Shown: in pieces, positions 25,507 to 38,784 of the stretch
Position numbering within the stretch: position 1 is the stretch's first letter
Layout of the letters: every line of letters starts with the position of its first letter
Assembly (NCBI RefSeq): GCF_001194135.2
Contig: NC_068992.1
Span: 16,766,471 to 16,830,053 of the forward strand
DNA from: Octopus bimaculoides
Lineage: Eukaryota
Reading direction: 5' to 3'
Length of the DNA stretch: 63,583 bases
Notes under the pieces: generated by a model
The model's input: the letters and a program-made list of their open reading frames with translations, nothing else
Told to the model about the DNA's origin: nothing
Database searches by the model: none
Position numbers and translations under genes: made by a program

Positions 25507-26656
25507 CTGAACAAATATCACATGCTAATAAAATTTAAATTTAAGAACAATAATTACGAAGGTCACTGTGTTGCTGATGGTGTCGATGTTGTAGAGGTAA
25601 TAATAATTGTATTATCGATGGTAATGTTTGTGATCCGGTTAGTGACATATGAACGCAGGACACAGAAAATAATGACGTTTATATTTTACAAGCAGAACAC
25701 ACATACACACATACACACATACAGACACACAAATACACACACGTCTTTCAAATGTATGTCATTCCAAATGAGTAAAAAATTTTATTTGCTAATTTATGGC
25801 ATCAGCGTGTGCTGTGTTTTTATGAACCAAAACTATTTGTTTTACTTTTTTACACGCAGAGATCTAAGACGGGAAAACTGAAATACAATGTTTAAAATCG
25901 GCGTAGTAATTTATATTTATAATCGTCGACATTCGTAACCCATTGCCTTCTCATTTAGCTTCAACACGTTCAATGGTCATTAGTATTCATCAGATTGGAT
26001 GACTTCAGCTAGGGGAGAATTGAAACATCGAGACAGCCTAATGTAATGACTGGTGACTGACGACTGGTAATAGTGCACTCGACCTGCCTCGCAAATCGAT
26101 TCAGTAAATTGCCTCATTTCTAAGTTAACTTTGAGTGTGAACCCCTACAAGATATTGAAATATGAAGATTAATGGTATAATTACACTTAATCCATTCTTT
26201 TGGGTGTTGTTTGTGTTGTTGCTCTCGTTATTATTGCATAATTTTATGGTCGTCCGTATTTTTATTATCAACATCAACGACTGTCACTTGCTAATACTTT
26301 CTGGATCTCACTCATACACTGTATCCCTCCTCCTTCTCCTGTTTTTTTTCTCCATTGAACACAACTCCTTTCTCTCATGTACACAATTCCATCTAATTTA
26401 GCCGGCAGTTTCTGTAGAATATGGCTCTCCTTAATAAGTCAATAATGCACTTAATTAGAATAAGAATGCGAAATATTGTATAATTAACCAGATATTCATT
26501 ATTGCAGCCCCTATATCCAGACATGTACAACGGTAGTAGATGCACATCTATGCATGTATGTGAATTCACATGAATATGTGTGTGTGTATGTGTTATATGT
26601 TCGTGTGTGTGTTTGCGTCAGTGACGTGCACACAGACGCTTGCATGAGTTCAATTA

Positions 26657-26687
<31 letters not shown>

Positions 26688-27194
26688 ATANNNNNNNNNN
26701 NNNNNNNNNNNNNNNNNNNNNNNNNNNNNNNNNNNNNNNNNNNNNNNNNNNNNNNNNNNNNNNNNNNNNNNNNNNNNNNNNNNNNNNNNNNNNNNNNNNN
26801 NNNNNNNNNNNNNNNNNNNNNNNNNNNNNNNNNNNNNNNNNNNNNNNNNNNNNNNNNNNNNNNNNNNNNNNNNNNNNNNNNNNNNNNNNNNNNNNNNNNN
26901 NNNNNNNNNNNNNNNNNNNNNNTGTGTGTGTGTATATTTGTATATGCATATGTGTGTGTGAATGAATAATTTCATGAAGATGTGCAAATATGATGTAATT
27001 AGTGAATCTCATAACGATGTTTATAAATTTGATTATTAATCAGTGACTGTGAGGCTCTAAATTGCAGCTAAATACACCAGAGCAATAATTAATGAAGTGC
27101 CTTGCTCAAGGGCATAGCGTCTCCCTCTGTATCACAAATAAAATACCTACATGACGATCTCCAACTGAGTAAACTAAATCCTAGGCAGCGCGCC

Positions 27195-27525
27195 TTAACG
27201 CATAACTGGCAATCCGTCGGTTACGACGATGCGTGTCCTAGTTGATCCAATCAACGGAACAGCCTGCTCGTCAAATTAACCTGCAAATGGCTGATCACTC
27301 CACATACTATGTACCCTTAATGTAGTTCTCGAAGAGGTTCAGCGTGATACACAATGTGACAAGGCTGACCCTTTTGAAATACGAGTACTACTCATTTTTG
27401 CTAGCTGAGTTGACTAAAGCAGCGTGAAATAAAGTGCGTTGCTTAAGGACACAATAGGTCACGGGGAATTGAACTCACGACTTTACGATCGTGAGTCGAA
27501 TAGCCTAACCACTAAGCCACGCTCT
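27195..27525 (-). mobile_element. SINE family C/D
   Basis: Shares the aacggaacagcctgctcg and tgtgacaaggctgaccc core with 10580-10952. Head cgtggcttagtggttag. Confidence 0.85.
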
Positions 27526-28034
27526 ATCAGTTACATATGTGTATGTGAGTGTGTGTTTGTATGTGTACATGTGTTGTCTCGTTTGCTGAATGATATTTTT
27601 ATTAAACGACAGATCGTAATAGACAAGTCATAGCAAGTTATTCTTGCCTGCGTTTATCAACAAATTTTCTATGCATAGTGAATTTTCGGGAACAGCAGCG
27701 AATGAGTAAAGTTTTATTTCACGAATATATATGCATGAGCTCATCTCATAGGGCAAGTCATATAATGTATTTTACAAGGTGACACTCACACGGGCGCACA
27801 CCCACTCACCCACACATAAATATATATATATATATATATANNNNNNNNNNNNNNNNNNNNNNNNNNNNNNNNNNNNNNNNNNNNNNNNNNNNNNNNNNNN
27901 NNNNNNNNNNNNNNNNNNNNNNNNNNNNNNNNNNNNNNNNNNNNNNNNNNNNNNNNNNNNNNNNNNNNNNNNNNNNNNNNNNNNNNNNNNNNNNNNNNNN
28001 NNNNNNNNNNNNNNNNNNNNNNNNNNNNNNNNNN

Positions 28035-28088
<54 letters not shown>

Positions 28089-29399
28089 GACTAAAACAAT
28101 GATCTATAGACGAAATATAATTGTGTGTTCGTGTACGTGTATATATATGTGCATATATGTGTGTGTGTCTGTAAATGTATAAACGCATACATGCGTGTGT
28201 GTGTGCGTGTTTATGTATACATGCATACGTATACACACATTCAGATACATCCTTTTGTCTTACAAAGATACGCAAAGCGTATGTATGGTTACATAAATAT
28301 AATTAAAAATGAAAATTGTGTACATTAAAATTAGTTACATTTCATTCGGCAATTCTGATAGAGTTTAATTAAACATATAGAAAAAAATCTATGCTTAACA
28401 TTACATGCAAAACATATATAAAAAAAAAGCAGAAAACAATTTAGTCATGCAAGCTTAATCATAAACAACACTAGTGATGTCTAACTTACAGTTAGAAATA
28501 AGTACGATCTAAATTACATCCTAATTAACCAAGATAATTCAGAAATATTATCAAACATTTTTACTTATAATTTATTTATTTATTATTTTCATCCGTTTGT
28601 ATTGTCTTTTGTTTCGTTTTTATCCTTTTTTGCTAGTGTTGATTCTGATGTTCAGATTTTTTAGTTTGTTTTTATTAATATTTCCCCGCCTATTCTTTGA
28701 TTTTATTCTCGTTGGATTCGTTACTGTGAACATATCATCTGTTAAATTATCTTTGTAATTGTATTGTTATTGCGTTGTTTTATTCTTCATTAAATTCGCT
28801 TTCATTTGTTTGATTTCGTTTCCATTATACCGTACACGAGATCAGTAATTAATTATATTATATCTATGTTATTCTACGTCTTGTATGTGTGTTGCGATGT
28901 TTTACGTGTTAAACATATGTTTTAGACGTTCTCAATTGATGTAATCGCACTAAATATGGTTGATTGGTACATTCGTTAGCGTAACAGGGAAAATACTTTG
29001 GGATGTTTGTTCCGCCATTTTAAATTCTGACTTGAAGCCAAGTTGCGATCACATACATGCTAGACTCAATAAAATATATCATCAGTTGATATAACCGACC
29101 GATACACCTCCAAAATATCTAGCCTTATAGAAAACAATACAGACAACAGTCTACACCAGTGGTAACAATATATTATACAAATTAATCTCTTGAAATTATC
29201 TCTCAATCACCTATATATTCTTTCATTTTTTGTTCCAGTCAGTAGATTGGGCAAGGCTTTCAATGGTTTAGCCTATTAATTCGATCCAAATTGTTGTTTT
29301 AAGTCCGTTGCTTATCCCATAATACTATTTTGATAAGCTGCTACGTTATAGGGATATAAAAATAATTCAACTTTAGTTGTAAAGCGGTGACAGATGACC

Positions 29400-30050
29400 A
29401 GAAAAGCATCGCGCATACACACTTGCTGTCTCAATTTATATGTACACTGACCACATCAACAGATGAAGAAACCGGAAGCAATTTAGTTACTCTTGTATTC
29501 TCGGGGTATATATTCTACATTCACATTGACAGAAAAGACATTTAAGTTCACCAGGTGGCTTGTTGCAGCGGTTAAAAGAAGCAACGCTTTGTTCGAAATA
29601 GTGTCTGGTTCCCTTCTACAGCTGGACGAAAATATTTGGAAAAGGCTCTTAACCACATCTATTTATTTAAACACAAAATCTAAAGATTAAACATTGTGTA
29701 ACTCTTGGAAAACTTTAGGCGTGTAGGAGATTTAATCACCAAAGGCATTTCCTCCCGGAAGTACCAGATGATTTTTTGCAAGCTTTAAATCCTTGTGTTG
29801 TTTTTTCGACTCAGGAAATAAAAATATCTAGTAGATATGATCTTCTATAAAAGTGGAGTTTCATCAAACCTCTAGACGTGCTCCAGCAACTTTTTTCCCA
29901 GTTGCTAACGAAATTTGGAGCAGCATTTGTATAAAAAATGGAAGTTTTATTGGTCATTTTTATCGTCTTTTGTTGTGCAAAGTTCAAACCTTTGAAACCA
30001 GCCTTTAATAACAAGAAAACGTTTTTCATCTTGTCGGAGGTTGGCATCTG
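29400..30050 (-). mobile_element. Highly degenerate Tigger/pogo DDE transposase
   Basis: Motifs spread across frames: FLVIKGWFQRF (end of CENP-B-type HTH), RFDETPL (DETG), KDLKLAKNHLVLPGGNAFGD, NK*MWLRAFSKYF, KALLLLTAATSH (LLLDNA..H) and NVEYIP. Confidence 0.75.
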
Positions 30051-30729
30051 AAAACTGTCCTACAATATATTCAAGTCTTTTATTTTTTCCATAATTTCTC
30101 TTGTGCTAATTGGTGCCAGGATTCGAGACTAATCATCGATTCATACGCCCAACAACCGTCACGTTTGAAGTATCCAATTAGATGAGTGAAAAATGGGGGA
30201 CCGAGATGTAGGCTGACTAATTTGTTGGGCATTTTTCTCTATTGTTACGTATTGTTTTTACTGTAGACTTTGCAAACGTTAACGTTTAATGCGGTTGATT
30301 TCTTTCTCTCACATCAAACCTTTTTTAAGAGTCAAGCTTGATAGCCAGTGCAATCCTTTTATGGTTACTTTATGTATTACGTCCTTCAGCTCCATTTGAT
30401 GTTTTCTTTCTAGACATCTTGAACTGTAGGTAAAGCCAATAGCGAGGCTTTCAACAATATATAGCAAGATATAGCAAGAGGAAAGTACTGTTCGTGAGAG
30501 TAAAACATTTTTATATTCCTATGGATATAAGAATGGAATGAGAAAGGTGAGGTTGGAGGAAGTACTACATTATTACAGTTAGTTGAAGGGTTACCAGGTT
30601 CATAGCCACTTCGCTATTTGCGCCTTTGGAGTTGAGCCATAAATATCTACACTTTACGAACACATGCACTGAAAAAAATATTTGATTTGCCATAAAGCAT
30701 ATGTAGTACCAGACGTTGCTACCATATCG

Positions 30730-30860
30730 ACGTTATTATTGGTCTGAAATTTTTGCCAGCCATTTAGAGGAAGGGAAAAATCGATCACACCAACTCCAGT
30801 GTTCAGCTGCTACTTATTTTAATCGACCTAGAATGGATGAAAGAAAATGTCCTTGGAAAT
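30730..30860 (-). mobile_element. SINE A-like fragment
   Basis: atcgatcacaccaactccagt..ctacttattttaatcgacctagaatggatgaaag. Confidence 0.5.
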
Positions 30861-32727
30861 TGGTCAACCAAAATTTCGTGGGTTTGTAGTAACTGTGGTA
30901 TTGATTGTATTGGTTTTCGTGTTCCTAGTAGTGTTTGTAATGGTGAGAGTATCTTTGATGATGATTATGGTGGTCAACTTTTACGTGTTACTTGTATTAC
31001 TCCTCATTGACACACACACCTATGCTTTTCCGGGGTCATTCCATTCATTTTATAAAATGACCTTACATAACAAATTATCAACTGTGATCGTTTTTAGTTT
31101 AGTTAGTGTTGCTTATATTGTTGTTGTAAGGGTTGTTCACGAATGTGTTGGAGTGTTTGGAATGATGGTCGTTGTATAGGCGTTGGTGTTGATGCTCTTT
31201 GTGTGGGTGTTGATCGCAGATATTTGTGATGATGAATGTTGATGTGTGTGTGGGCGTGTAGTGAAACATAGAAATTGATGGAGAGACAGATAGACAGACA
31301 GACAGATAGATGGATAATCATTGTAATACCACAGAATTTACACAAACGCACATATATACACGCCTGAAAAGGGCCCATTTTGCTTGGAAAGAAATGTAGC
31401 TTTCAAATTCTGGAAATTTGAATATCAGGTATAATATATAATTTCCTGAATTGTGAAATTCCATAATCCCAAGTAGCCATAACGCTGGTGACGAGAGTAT
31501 ACCCAACACACACACACACACGCGCGCACAGACTAACGTACACCTACACATATAGATATATATCTACACACATATGCTTTTATATATATTGTTGCCATCA
31601 TAAGAATTAATAAATATTCCAGAGAACATGGTTTTCGAAGCACGTAAATCTAAATAAAAGCATGTAAATATTTGACTGAAGAAGCCTTTCCGATACAAAA
31701 TTCGATGGCTGCCTATAGAGCATGAACCTACGTCTTTAGACATGAACATAAGTTGACATCAAAATTATAAATGATAGATTAGTTAAGTTAATGTTGTCTG
31801 ATCTTATATCAAGAATAATTTTATATTGAATGGAAACCTTTTAAGCAATTTGGTGCACAATTTTTAGATATTAATGAAGCTGTACATTATAAGACATGTT
31901 TGTTCATAAATATCTGTGTATACCTATACGTGTTTTAAGGCTTCATAATTCTAGAATCAGATATTTCTCTTGAATGTACATTCTTAGAAATCACTTATTA
32001 GAAATGTCATTTTAATTAAGGCCTCATTTACTACGACAAGCTATTCGTTAGGAGTCAAAGCTTATAGAGAAAACAGATGACATACAAGTCATAGATATGT
32101 TAAATTAATTTTTCTCAAATAGAATGCATTATTTATTTATCGTTATCATGTTCTTTATGTCATTTCATGTTCTAAATTTATATCAAAGTTAGCTGCATGA
32201 TATACTCCCAGATTAGTATGTACAGTCATCCATATTTAAGAATGTTTTACTGTATTTTGCAAAATTTAAACAGATAAGAGCCATATTATTTATATGTACT
32301 TCCAAGCATGTGAGATTAATATAACTGGTGTTACACTGGAAACTTTTTTGTGGCCGAAAGGGCCAGTAGGAGAAATTCGAAATCTGCTGGCCCCGTCAAT
32401 AGAGGGTGTGATATTTTGGTATTTCGTATTGCGAACTTTTCTTCAACGTTAACTTGCCTCAACATAAGACGAATTAATTAACATTTTATAGCTACATTAA
32501 ATTATTTCCAGGAAATCATATTTATATGTGTAATGGCCTCCATTACAGATGGGATTTTTTGTTGATTGAAATAGTACTGTAACTCACTGTATTAGATATG
32601 CTATTGTCAATTCAATTAACCTTGTGAAAACTATGCACTTATGTATTGCTTAAAGGGTGCAGATATGGGAGAAAATTTAAAGCATTGATTAGATTAATGA
32701 TCGGGCCAGAGGATCTCTACACAGGTG

Positions 32728-33175
32728 ATACAAGGTGGTCCCAAAAGGTTCTACGACTAGTTATGTTTAATTAAAAAAATAATTTATTTACCTAAGTTTA
32801 ATATCATCTCCTTCGAAATATTCATCGTGCGCAGCGGTATACCGGTCCCAGCATTCCTGCCAATTTTGGAATCCAGACTGGAAGTCGATTTTTGTAAGCG
32901 AATCGAGGACCTTCTGCGATTCGCCCTGGATTTCTACAAAGGTGTTAAAACGGCAACATTTGAGCTGCGGAAGAGACAGAAACCCGCAGGTGCTAAATCT
33001 GGCGAGTAGGGCGGGTGTGGAAGCGATGCCATGTTTTCAGTGAGAAACTCACAAGTGATGAGAGCTCGGTGGCAGGATGCATTGTCGTCGTGAACAATCC
33101 AGTTTTCGCGCTCCACAGACCCGGTCGCTTTCATAAAATGTCCTCCCTCAAACACTTCAAAATGTCGCAGTTAAA
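32728..33175 (-). mobile_element. Mariner transposase 3' fragment with terminal inverted repeat
   Basis: WIVHDDNASCHRA..SLPHPPYSPDLAPAGF and LFPQLK..RFNTFVEIQ..FQNWQECWDRY..EYFEGD. TA-CAAGGTGGTCCCAAAAG terminus at about 32729. Confidence 0.9.
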
Positions 33176-33224
33176 CTCTCGATTGGCAGTTTGTTCTTAT
33201 CTACTCATCTTATGCGCCCTTTTA

Positions 33225-33455
33225 AAGCCTAGCCAGGCTCATGGGCCCGGTTTCTATGGCGTATCCCCCCCCCCTCAGCTGGACGGGACGCCAGTCCAAC
33301 GCAGGCTTAGCGGCATTTCGTCTGTGTTTACGATCTGTGTTCAAATTTCGCCGAGGTCGACTTTGCCTTTCAGCCTTTTGGGGTTGATAAATTAAGTATA
33401 AGTGAAACACTGGGGGCAAATTTCAGGCCTTGTGCTTTTTGTAGAAAGAATTAAG
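33225..33455 (+). mobile_element. Chimeric SINE: minus-strand SINE tail fused to a 5'-truncated family A copy
   Basis: gccaggctcatgggcccggtttctatggcg..ctggacgggacgccagtcca switches at about 33303 to cttagcggcatttcgtctgtg..gccgaggtcgactttgcc. Confidence 0.7.
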
Positions 33456-33589
33456 CATAAGAGACAGAGTTGAAAATGTTGTCGATGATTCTTCTGCTCC
33501 GGCTCCGTATGTCGTAAGTTCAAATCAAGACCTGTTTAACTATGCTTTTCAACGCTCCATCATAATTAACCGCTGGACATTTTACTGTC

Positions 33590-33815
33590 TTGAGTCCGAG
33601 ACCTCACATGGCAGGCAACATGGTTTCCATGGCGTATAAGTGACCGAATTCACAGAACTCCATCCCTGAACAGGACACCAGTCTTTCGCTGAGTAGACTG
33701 AAACAACCTGAGTTGATGTTGAAGCGTTTTGCTCAAGAACACAAAGCACCGGCTTGTTCCGGAATCGAAACCATGATCTTTGAACAAACACCCTTACCAC
33801 TAGGCCACACGTCTT
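33590..33815 (-). mobile_element. tRNA-SINE (family C/D related)
   Basis: Minus-strand head gtgtggcctagtggtaaggg..ggtttcgattcc and core tgtgttcttgagcaaaac. Confidence 0.7.
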
Positions 33816-34732
33816 CAGTTTTTAATCACTCCAGGGAAGTGGCGGGGGTCTATAAAATAGAGTACAGGTAACGTACTGAGTCCGATATCATGACCACAAA
33901 GTAGAGCATTGTGCCTATGTTAGAAATATTTATTAAGGCGTTGATGTAGAAGTAGATGGCTTTAGTGACTGATATTTACATAAAATTTTCATATCGCTCT
34001 TGGATTGTCTATTTAATTCATTGTTTCTTGTAGAGTAGGTTACTTGTTTTATACGATCTTAATCTTCGTGTTTTTGCTATGAGTCACTGATACTTTGGTG
34101 TGTTAGCAATGCTATATATCAGTGTTAGTGGCAGGATGCGAACTTACAGCGCTCTAAATTAATAGTAATAATGATTTGGCTCTCTGTGATATTTCGTCTC
34201 ATAATCTATTTCAGATTATATAGTATTTTGGTAGTCTTCTCTTGTTTCTCAAAGTAATAATCAAACTGTAATTAATTATGTGCAAATAGCGAAGAGGGGC
34301 AACGATCAGTAGACAATGAAGTCAGGCAAAATTATATTTAGTATATTAGCTTCCAACATCTACATTGCATTTCACCACTAAATTCGATAAAACGTCAAAT
34401 ATAAATGTATGAAAATCCAATGAATTTAACCCCTATGGTTATTAGACGTGTTTCAGTATAAAATATCAAAATTTAAAGCAAAATCTAAACAAAAACGAAT
34501 TTTCTTTTACCACGGAGTTTATCGGAGTAAAAGGAGATTAATATCAGATAGGAAGTATCTGATAATCGATTGAAATTTATTTTTTAAAATCTTTTTTGAT
34601 TTCTTTGGAGTTTTCGTATTTCGTTTTCGATATCATAAATGCGAAATGTTTTTATAAACCTAAATTTGTATTTATATTTTCTCATACAATTGTAATACTA
34701 ATTAAAATTTCACTAGTGTTTTCCCTCTCTTT

Positions 34733-34772
<40 letters not shown>

Positions 34773-35105
34773 GTTCGATCTTTCTGTCCACCATTGATTA
34801 TTTATTGACATACTTTTCCACTCCATATATATTATTTGTTGAAATAACTTCCCGACATTTCTTCATTCCCATTTCCATACATATCTCATCTCACCACCGT
34901 TCTCTGCTTCTCATATTTGGATTACAAAAATATATCAGTTTTATCTTTTTGAAGATTCAAAATATCCGCCTTCTCAAAAAAAAAAAAAAGAAAAAAAAAA
35001 CGAAAAAGAGAAAATTATCTAAAGAAGCTTAAATCAAAATTCAATTTGGGTTATACAAAAACTAAATGAGTAAATGAAAACGCTTATAAAATCAAATATA
35101 TTTAC

Positions 35106-35273
35106 TTGGAAGTTTTTGGTAAAAATTAATTGACGATGAACTGTGGCAGAGCCCGACAATGAGAACAATAACCATCAACAAGGCAATTCCACCTACTATT
35201 AAACCAGTCAGCAAGCCATCCTTTTCGCTGGATGCGGATACGGCCTTCTCCGTTACGTTTGTTGATATAAGGA
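35106..35273 (-). CDS. Transmembrane exon of the receptor-like kinase gene (VLISTNVTEKAVSASSEKDGLLTGLIVGGIALLMVIVLIVGLCHSSSSINFYQKLP)
   Basis: Acceptor ctttattttgcag|TC and donor CCAA|gtaaat. 168 nt, phase 1->1. About 22 hydrophobic residues with GxxxG-like glycines, and an N-V-T sequon upstream. Confidence 0.8.
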
Positions 35274-35359
35274 CTGCAAAATAAAGGAAAGGACATCTTG
35301 AATACAAAAAGAAGACATATATTAATGCTTTCGAATTTTGGCACATGTCCCGCAATTAT

Positions 35360-35540
35360 GGGGGAGGGGCTATGTCGATTTAATTGACCCCAGTGTCCAA
35401 CTAGTACTTATTTCATCGACTCGGAAAAGTCGAAAGGCAAAGTCAACCTTAGGGGTGTTTGAACTCAGAAAGTAGAGGCGGCTGAAATACCGCTACGCAT
35501 TTTGTTCGGCATTCTCATGATTTTTCCAGCTCATTGCCTT
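35360..35540 (-). mobile_element. SINE family A
   Basis: gtcgatttaattgaccccagtg..gtacttatttcatcgactcggaaaagtcgaaaggcaaagtcaacc..tttgaactcagaa. Lies about 90 nt upstream of the TM-exon acceptor. Confidence 0.85.
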
Positions 35541-35659
35541 AAGAAGACATAATAATGTCATGAGTATATAATGTAGTAAGTGTTGTGATGCTGGTACAAC
35601 ACAGGAAATATTTTGGTTCACTCAGGAAATTTCCACAATAAGGCCCAGTCCGTATTGAA

Positions 35660-35833
35660 TTGTGGTGTCATGTGTGTCTCAATGAATCCTTGAGCCATGC
35701 CCACGGAAGGTAAGCTTCTGCAAAGGCCTCCTGTGCTGGACAGGTCAATGGATAGGTGATAGACTATTATGAACCACTTCTGCCAAGAAATATAGATGGG
35801 TTTGCATAAGTCTGGATACCCATACCTAGAAAA
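35660..35833 (+). mobile_element. RTE/BovB-like LINE 5' UTR remnant
   Basis: tgtgtgtctcaatgaatccttgagccatgcccacggaag...gtgctggacaggtc...gatagac...gggtttgcataagtctggatacccatacctagaaaa follows the layout recalled for RTE 5' UTRs. Not confirmed by search. Confidence 0.5.
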
Positions 35834-36060
35834 GCAAAGTTACTGAAGCATTTCATATGTTAATTGAAGAACTTGAAACATTCAGTTAACACATGAAAAA
35901 TAGTCAGAAACTCGGGAATTTTGTAAGACAGAACTTGTCAACTTTATCTTTGGTTCTTTTGAGGCTTAAAATAATGTACCAGTCAAATCTTAGCTTCTAG
36001 GAATTGACCAACCTCTTCCCTTAAAATAGCTGGCCTTGCGCCAAAATTAGAAAAAATATA

Positions 36061-36514
36061 TACAGTAATCACTCGCCATTTCGCGGTTCACCTATCGCGC
36101 TCTCAGTACGTCACGGATTTTTCTGGCTAATATATGTAACTTTATATCGCGGACTCCTCTGCGACCGATAGGTATTTATATTTTATTAGATTTTAATCAT
36201 TTCTGTCGTAAAATTTAATTAATAAATAAGAACCACAGTAGAGTGCTGCACTGTATAACACATTAATTAAAATATATTAAAACGAAGTAAGTAGTGTACC
36301 GTAGATGAGTAAACATAGATTGGCATACACTGCATGGAAAATGCAACAGGGGAGGCGAGTGTGTAGTGTTGTTTTGCATTTATAATAAAATAAATATATA
36401 CAAATTATAAAATAACTTTATAAATATATACATTAATATTTCTGCTTTGCGGATTTTCACTTATCGCGGGGTTTTTTGGAACGTAAAACCCGCGTTAGAG
36501 GAGGGGTTGCTGCA
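36061..36514. mobile_element. Tigger/pogo-type MITE
   Basis: Left end TA-CAGTAATCACTCGCCATTTCGCGG. Right end, reverse-complemented, CAGCAACCCCTCCTCTAACGCGGG. AT-rich non-coding interior of about 450 bp. Confidence 0.7.
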
Positions 36515-36519
36515 TATTT

Positions 36520-37060
36520 TAGGGCGGCGATCTAGGAGAACGGTTAGCACGCCGGTCAAGATGTTTTACAGGATTTCATGTATTTAATGTTCTGTGTTCA
36601 AATTTCACCGAAGTTTATTTTGTCTCTCATTCTTTCCGAATCGATGATATAAGTACCAACCAAGTACTGCAGTCGATGTACAGGACTTCTTCCTCTGCTC
36701 AAAAATTCTCGCTTTGTGCTAAAATTTGAAACCATTGGAGTTGAAATTCCGCCAAGGTCGACTTTGCCTTTCACCATTCGGGGTCGATAAAAATGTACCA
36801 TTTGAGTACTGCCCCGTCCCTCCCCCAAATTTCAGGCGTTGTGTCTTTAGTTGAACGGATTATTATAAGCAGGTGAACTGTTAGGATGCAGGACGAAATG
36901 CTTAGTGACATTTCGGTTGTCTTTACTTTCTGAGTTCAAATTCCGCGAAGGTCGACTTTGCATTTCTTACTTTCGGAGTCGATGAAATAACTACCAGTTG
37001 AGTACTTGGATCGATGTAAACGCGCAACCCCCTTTCACATAATTTCAGACCATTAGACAG
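36520..37060 (+). mobile_element. Three tandem SINE family A copies
   Basis: The gttcaaatt(c/t)c..gtcgactttgc core recurs at about 36597, 36745 and 36935. Confidence 0.85.
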
Positions 37061-37844
37061 GATTATTTCTCCACAACTTTTCATGCTTGTATAAAATAAA
37101 TATCGAATTATTTATAAATGAAATTAATTTTTGTATCATTTTAGGAAAATTTAGCTGGTATTTCTAGCAGGTTGTATGCCGGCATAGAGGTTCACTTATA
37201 GCATCGTACTCTACATAGAATAAATAAAGTCATAAATAAGTCATATCATAATCTCATGGCTACCGTTCTAGCTTTCTATTAAAATGCAAGAACAATTGTT
37301 TCGTTTAATCCATCGCTTGATTTTACTATTAATATATATATATATTTTACTATCTCACTATTTCTCACATTACAATTAAGTCAATTCTGAAACAAATTCA
37401 ATTATGTATATTCTTATGCTGGTTTTCTTTTCTTAATCCGCATAGGATTTATAATCACAGATAATCTAACTTTTTTTTCCGCTTAATATAATTCAACAAA
37501 TGAGCTTATATCCAATTATGATATTTTATGTAATTTTCACTTTTGTTTCTGAAGACAAAACGAAGCTACAACAAAAGTAACCAATGTTTGTTTAACAATT
37601 TTCATTTGAACTGCACGCTTTGTTCCCGGCTATAGAATGGATTAAGCGGATTCAGTAAAAACAAATATACATGTGTGAGAGTGTATATGTGCATGTATGT
37701 ATATATAAACACTCACACACACACGTACATGCGCATGGGAAACTGTGTATGTATATATGTGCGTACGTGTATGTGTATATATATATTTCTGGCCTTCTAT
37801 CTATTGTAGAAAATATTATTATTATCATTATTATTTTATTTTTA

Positions 37845-38400
37845 AGGTACTAAGCAGAAAATATCATAGCTGTGGTGCACAAAATCCTTAGCGTAACTTA
37901 TTCAGGTTTTTCATGTTCTTAGTTCAAATCCTGCCGAGATTCACTTTGCATTTCTGGGTCGAGAAAACTAAATACCAGTCAGATACTGCGACCGATATAT
38001 TCGATTATACCCACTTCTCCAAAATTTAAGGCATTGAGTTTTCTGGAGAAGGTGCCAAACTGGCAGAATCGTTACCACCTTGAACAAAATTCTTAGCGAC
38101 ATCCCTTTGCATTCTGAGTTCAAATTTCAGCAAGCTTGATTTTGCCGCTCATTTCTTGGGGTTTCATGAAATAAGTACCAGTACAGGTGACGATGTAATC
38201 GACTAGTCACCTACCACAGAATTTTAGGCTTTTTTACTATTGTAGAAAGAATTACCATTATTGTTGTTGCTGCTGTGTGAAGAATTGTCGCTTCATAGTT
38301 GGGGATATTCTGATCACGATGGTAAGGGCGTGAGTTCGATTCCCGATGACAACTTATGTCTTTGAGCAAGACACTTTATTTCACGTTGCTCCATCTGTGT
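37845..38400 (+). mobile_element. Two degenerate SINE A copies plus a SINE C/D head
   Basis: gttcaaat cores at about 37922 and 38118, and gagttcgattccc..cttgagcaagacactttatttcacgttgctcca at 38335-38392. Confidence 0.75.
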
Positions 38401-38784
38401 GCCTCCAGTAGAAATCATTATTATTACGCTCTTCTAGGTGACATAGAATAAACATTGAATTATATACGAAAGGAATTTAAGTTCAAGATTATTCATCTTC
38501 TTCCAGACGATATAATTGAATATGTGTGTATAGAACAAATATAATCAATTGAAATTTCTGAGGGCAATTATGATCCGATGATAGGAATATGTAATAAACG
38601 AAATTGAATGTCAGATTACATAAAATGATAAATAAGTTTTTCTCATTCCCTTGTTACATTGTTGTACACGTGCGTCAAATATACGATTTTCGCATTGACG
38701 CAAAACTGTGAATGCGATGATATTTCCAATAGAATATCCTGAATTAACAGAATTGCCTACTGAATCTATATGTATTGGGCGTTG

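Noticed and set aside
29950-30047. Apparent minus-strand exon after ttttcag (ANLRQDEKRFLVIKGWFQR) that could join the TM and kinase exons
   Set aside because: It is part of the degenerate Tigger/pogo transposase (GWFxRF motif plus downstream DDE motifs), and a much better exon exists at 25165-25297.
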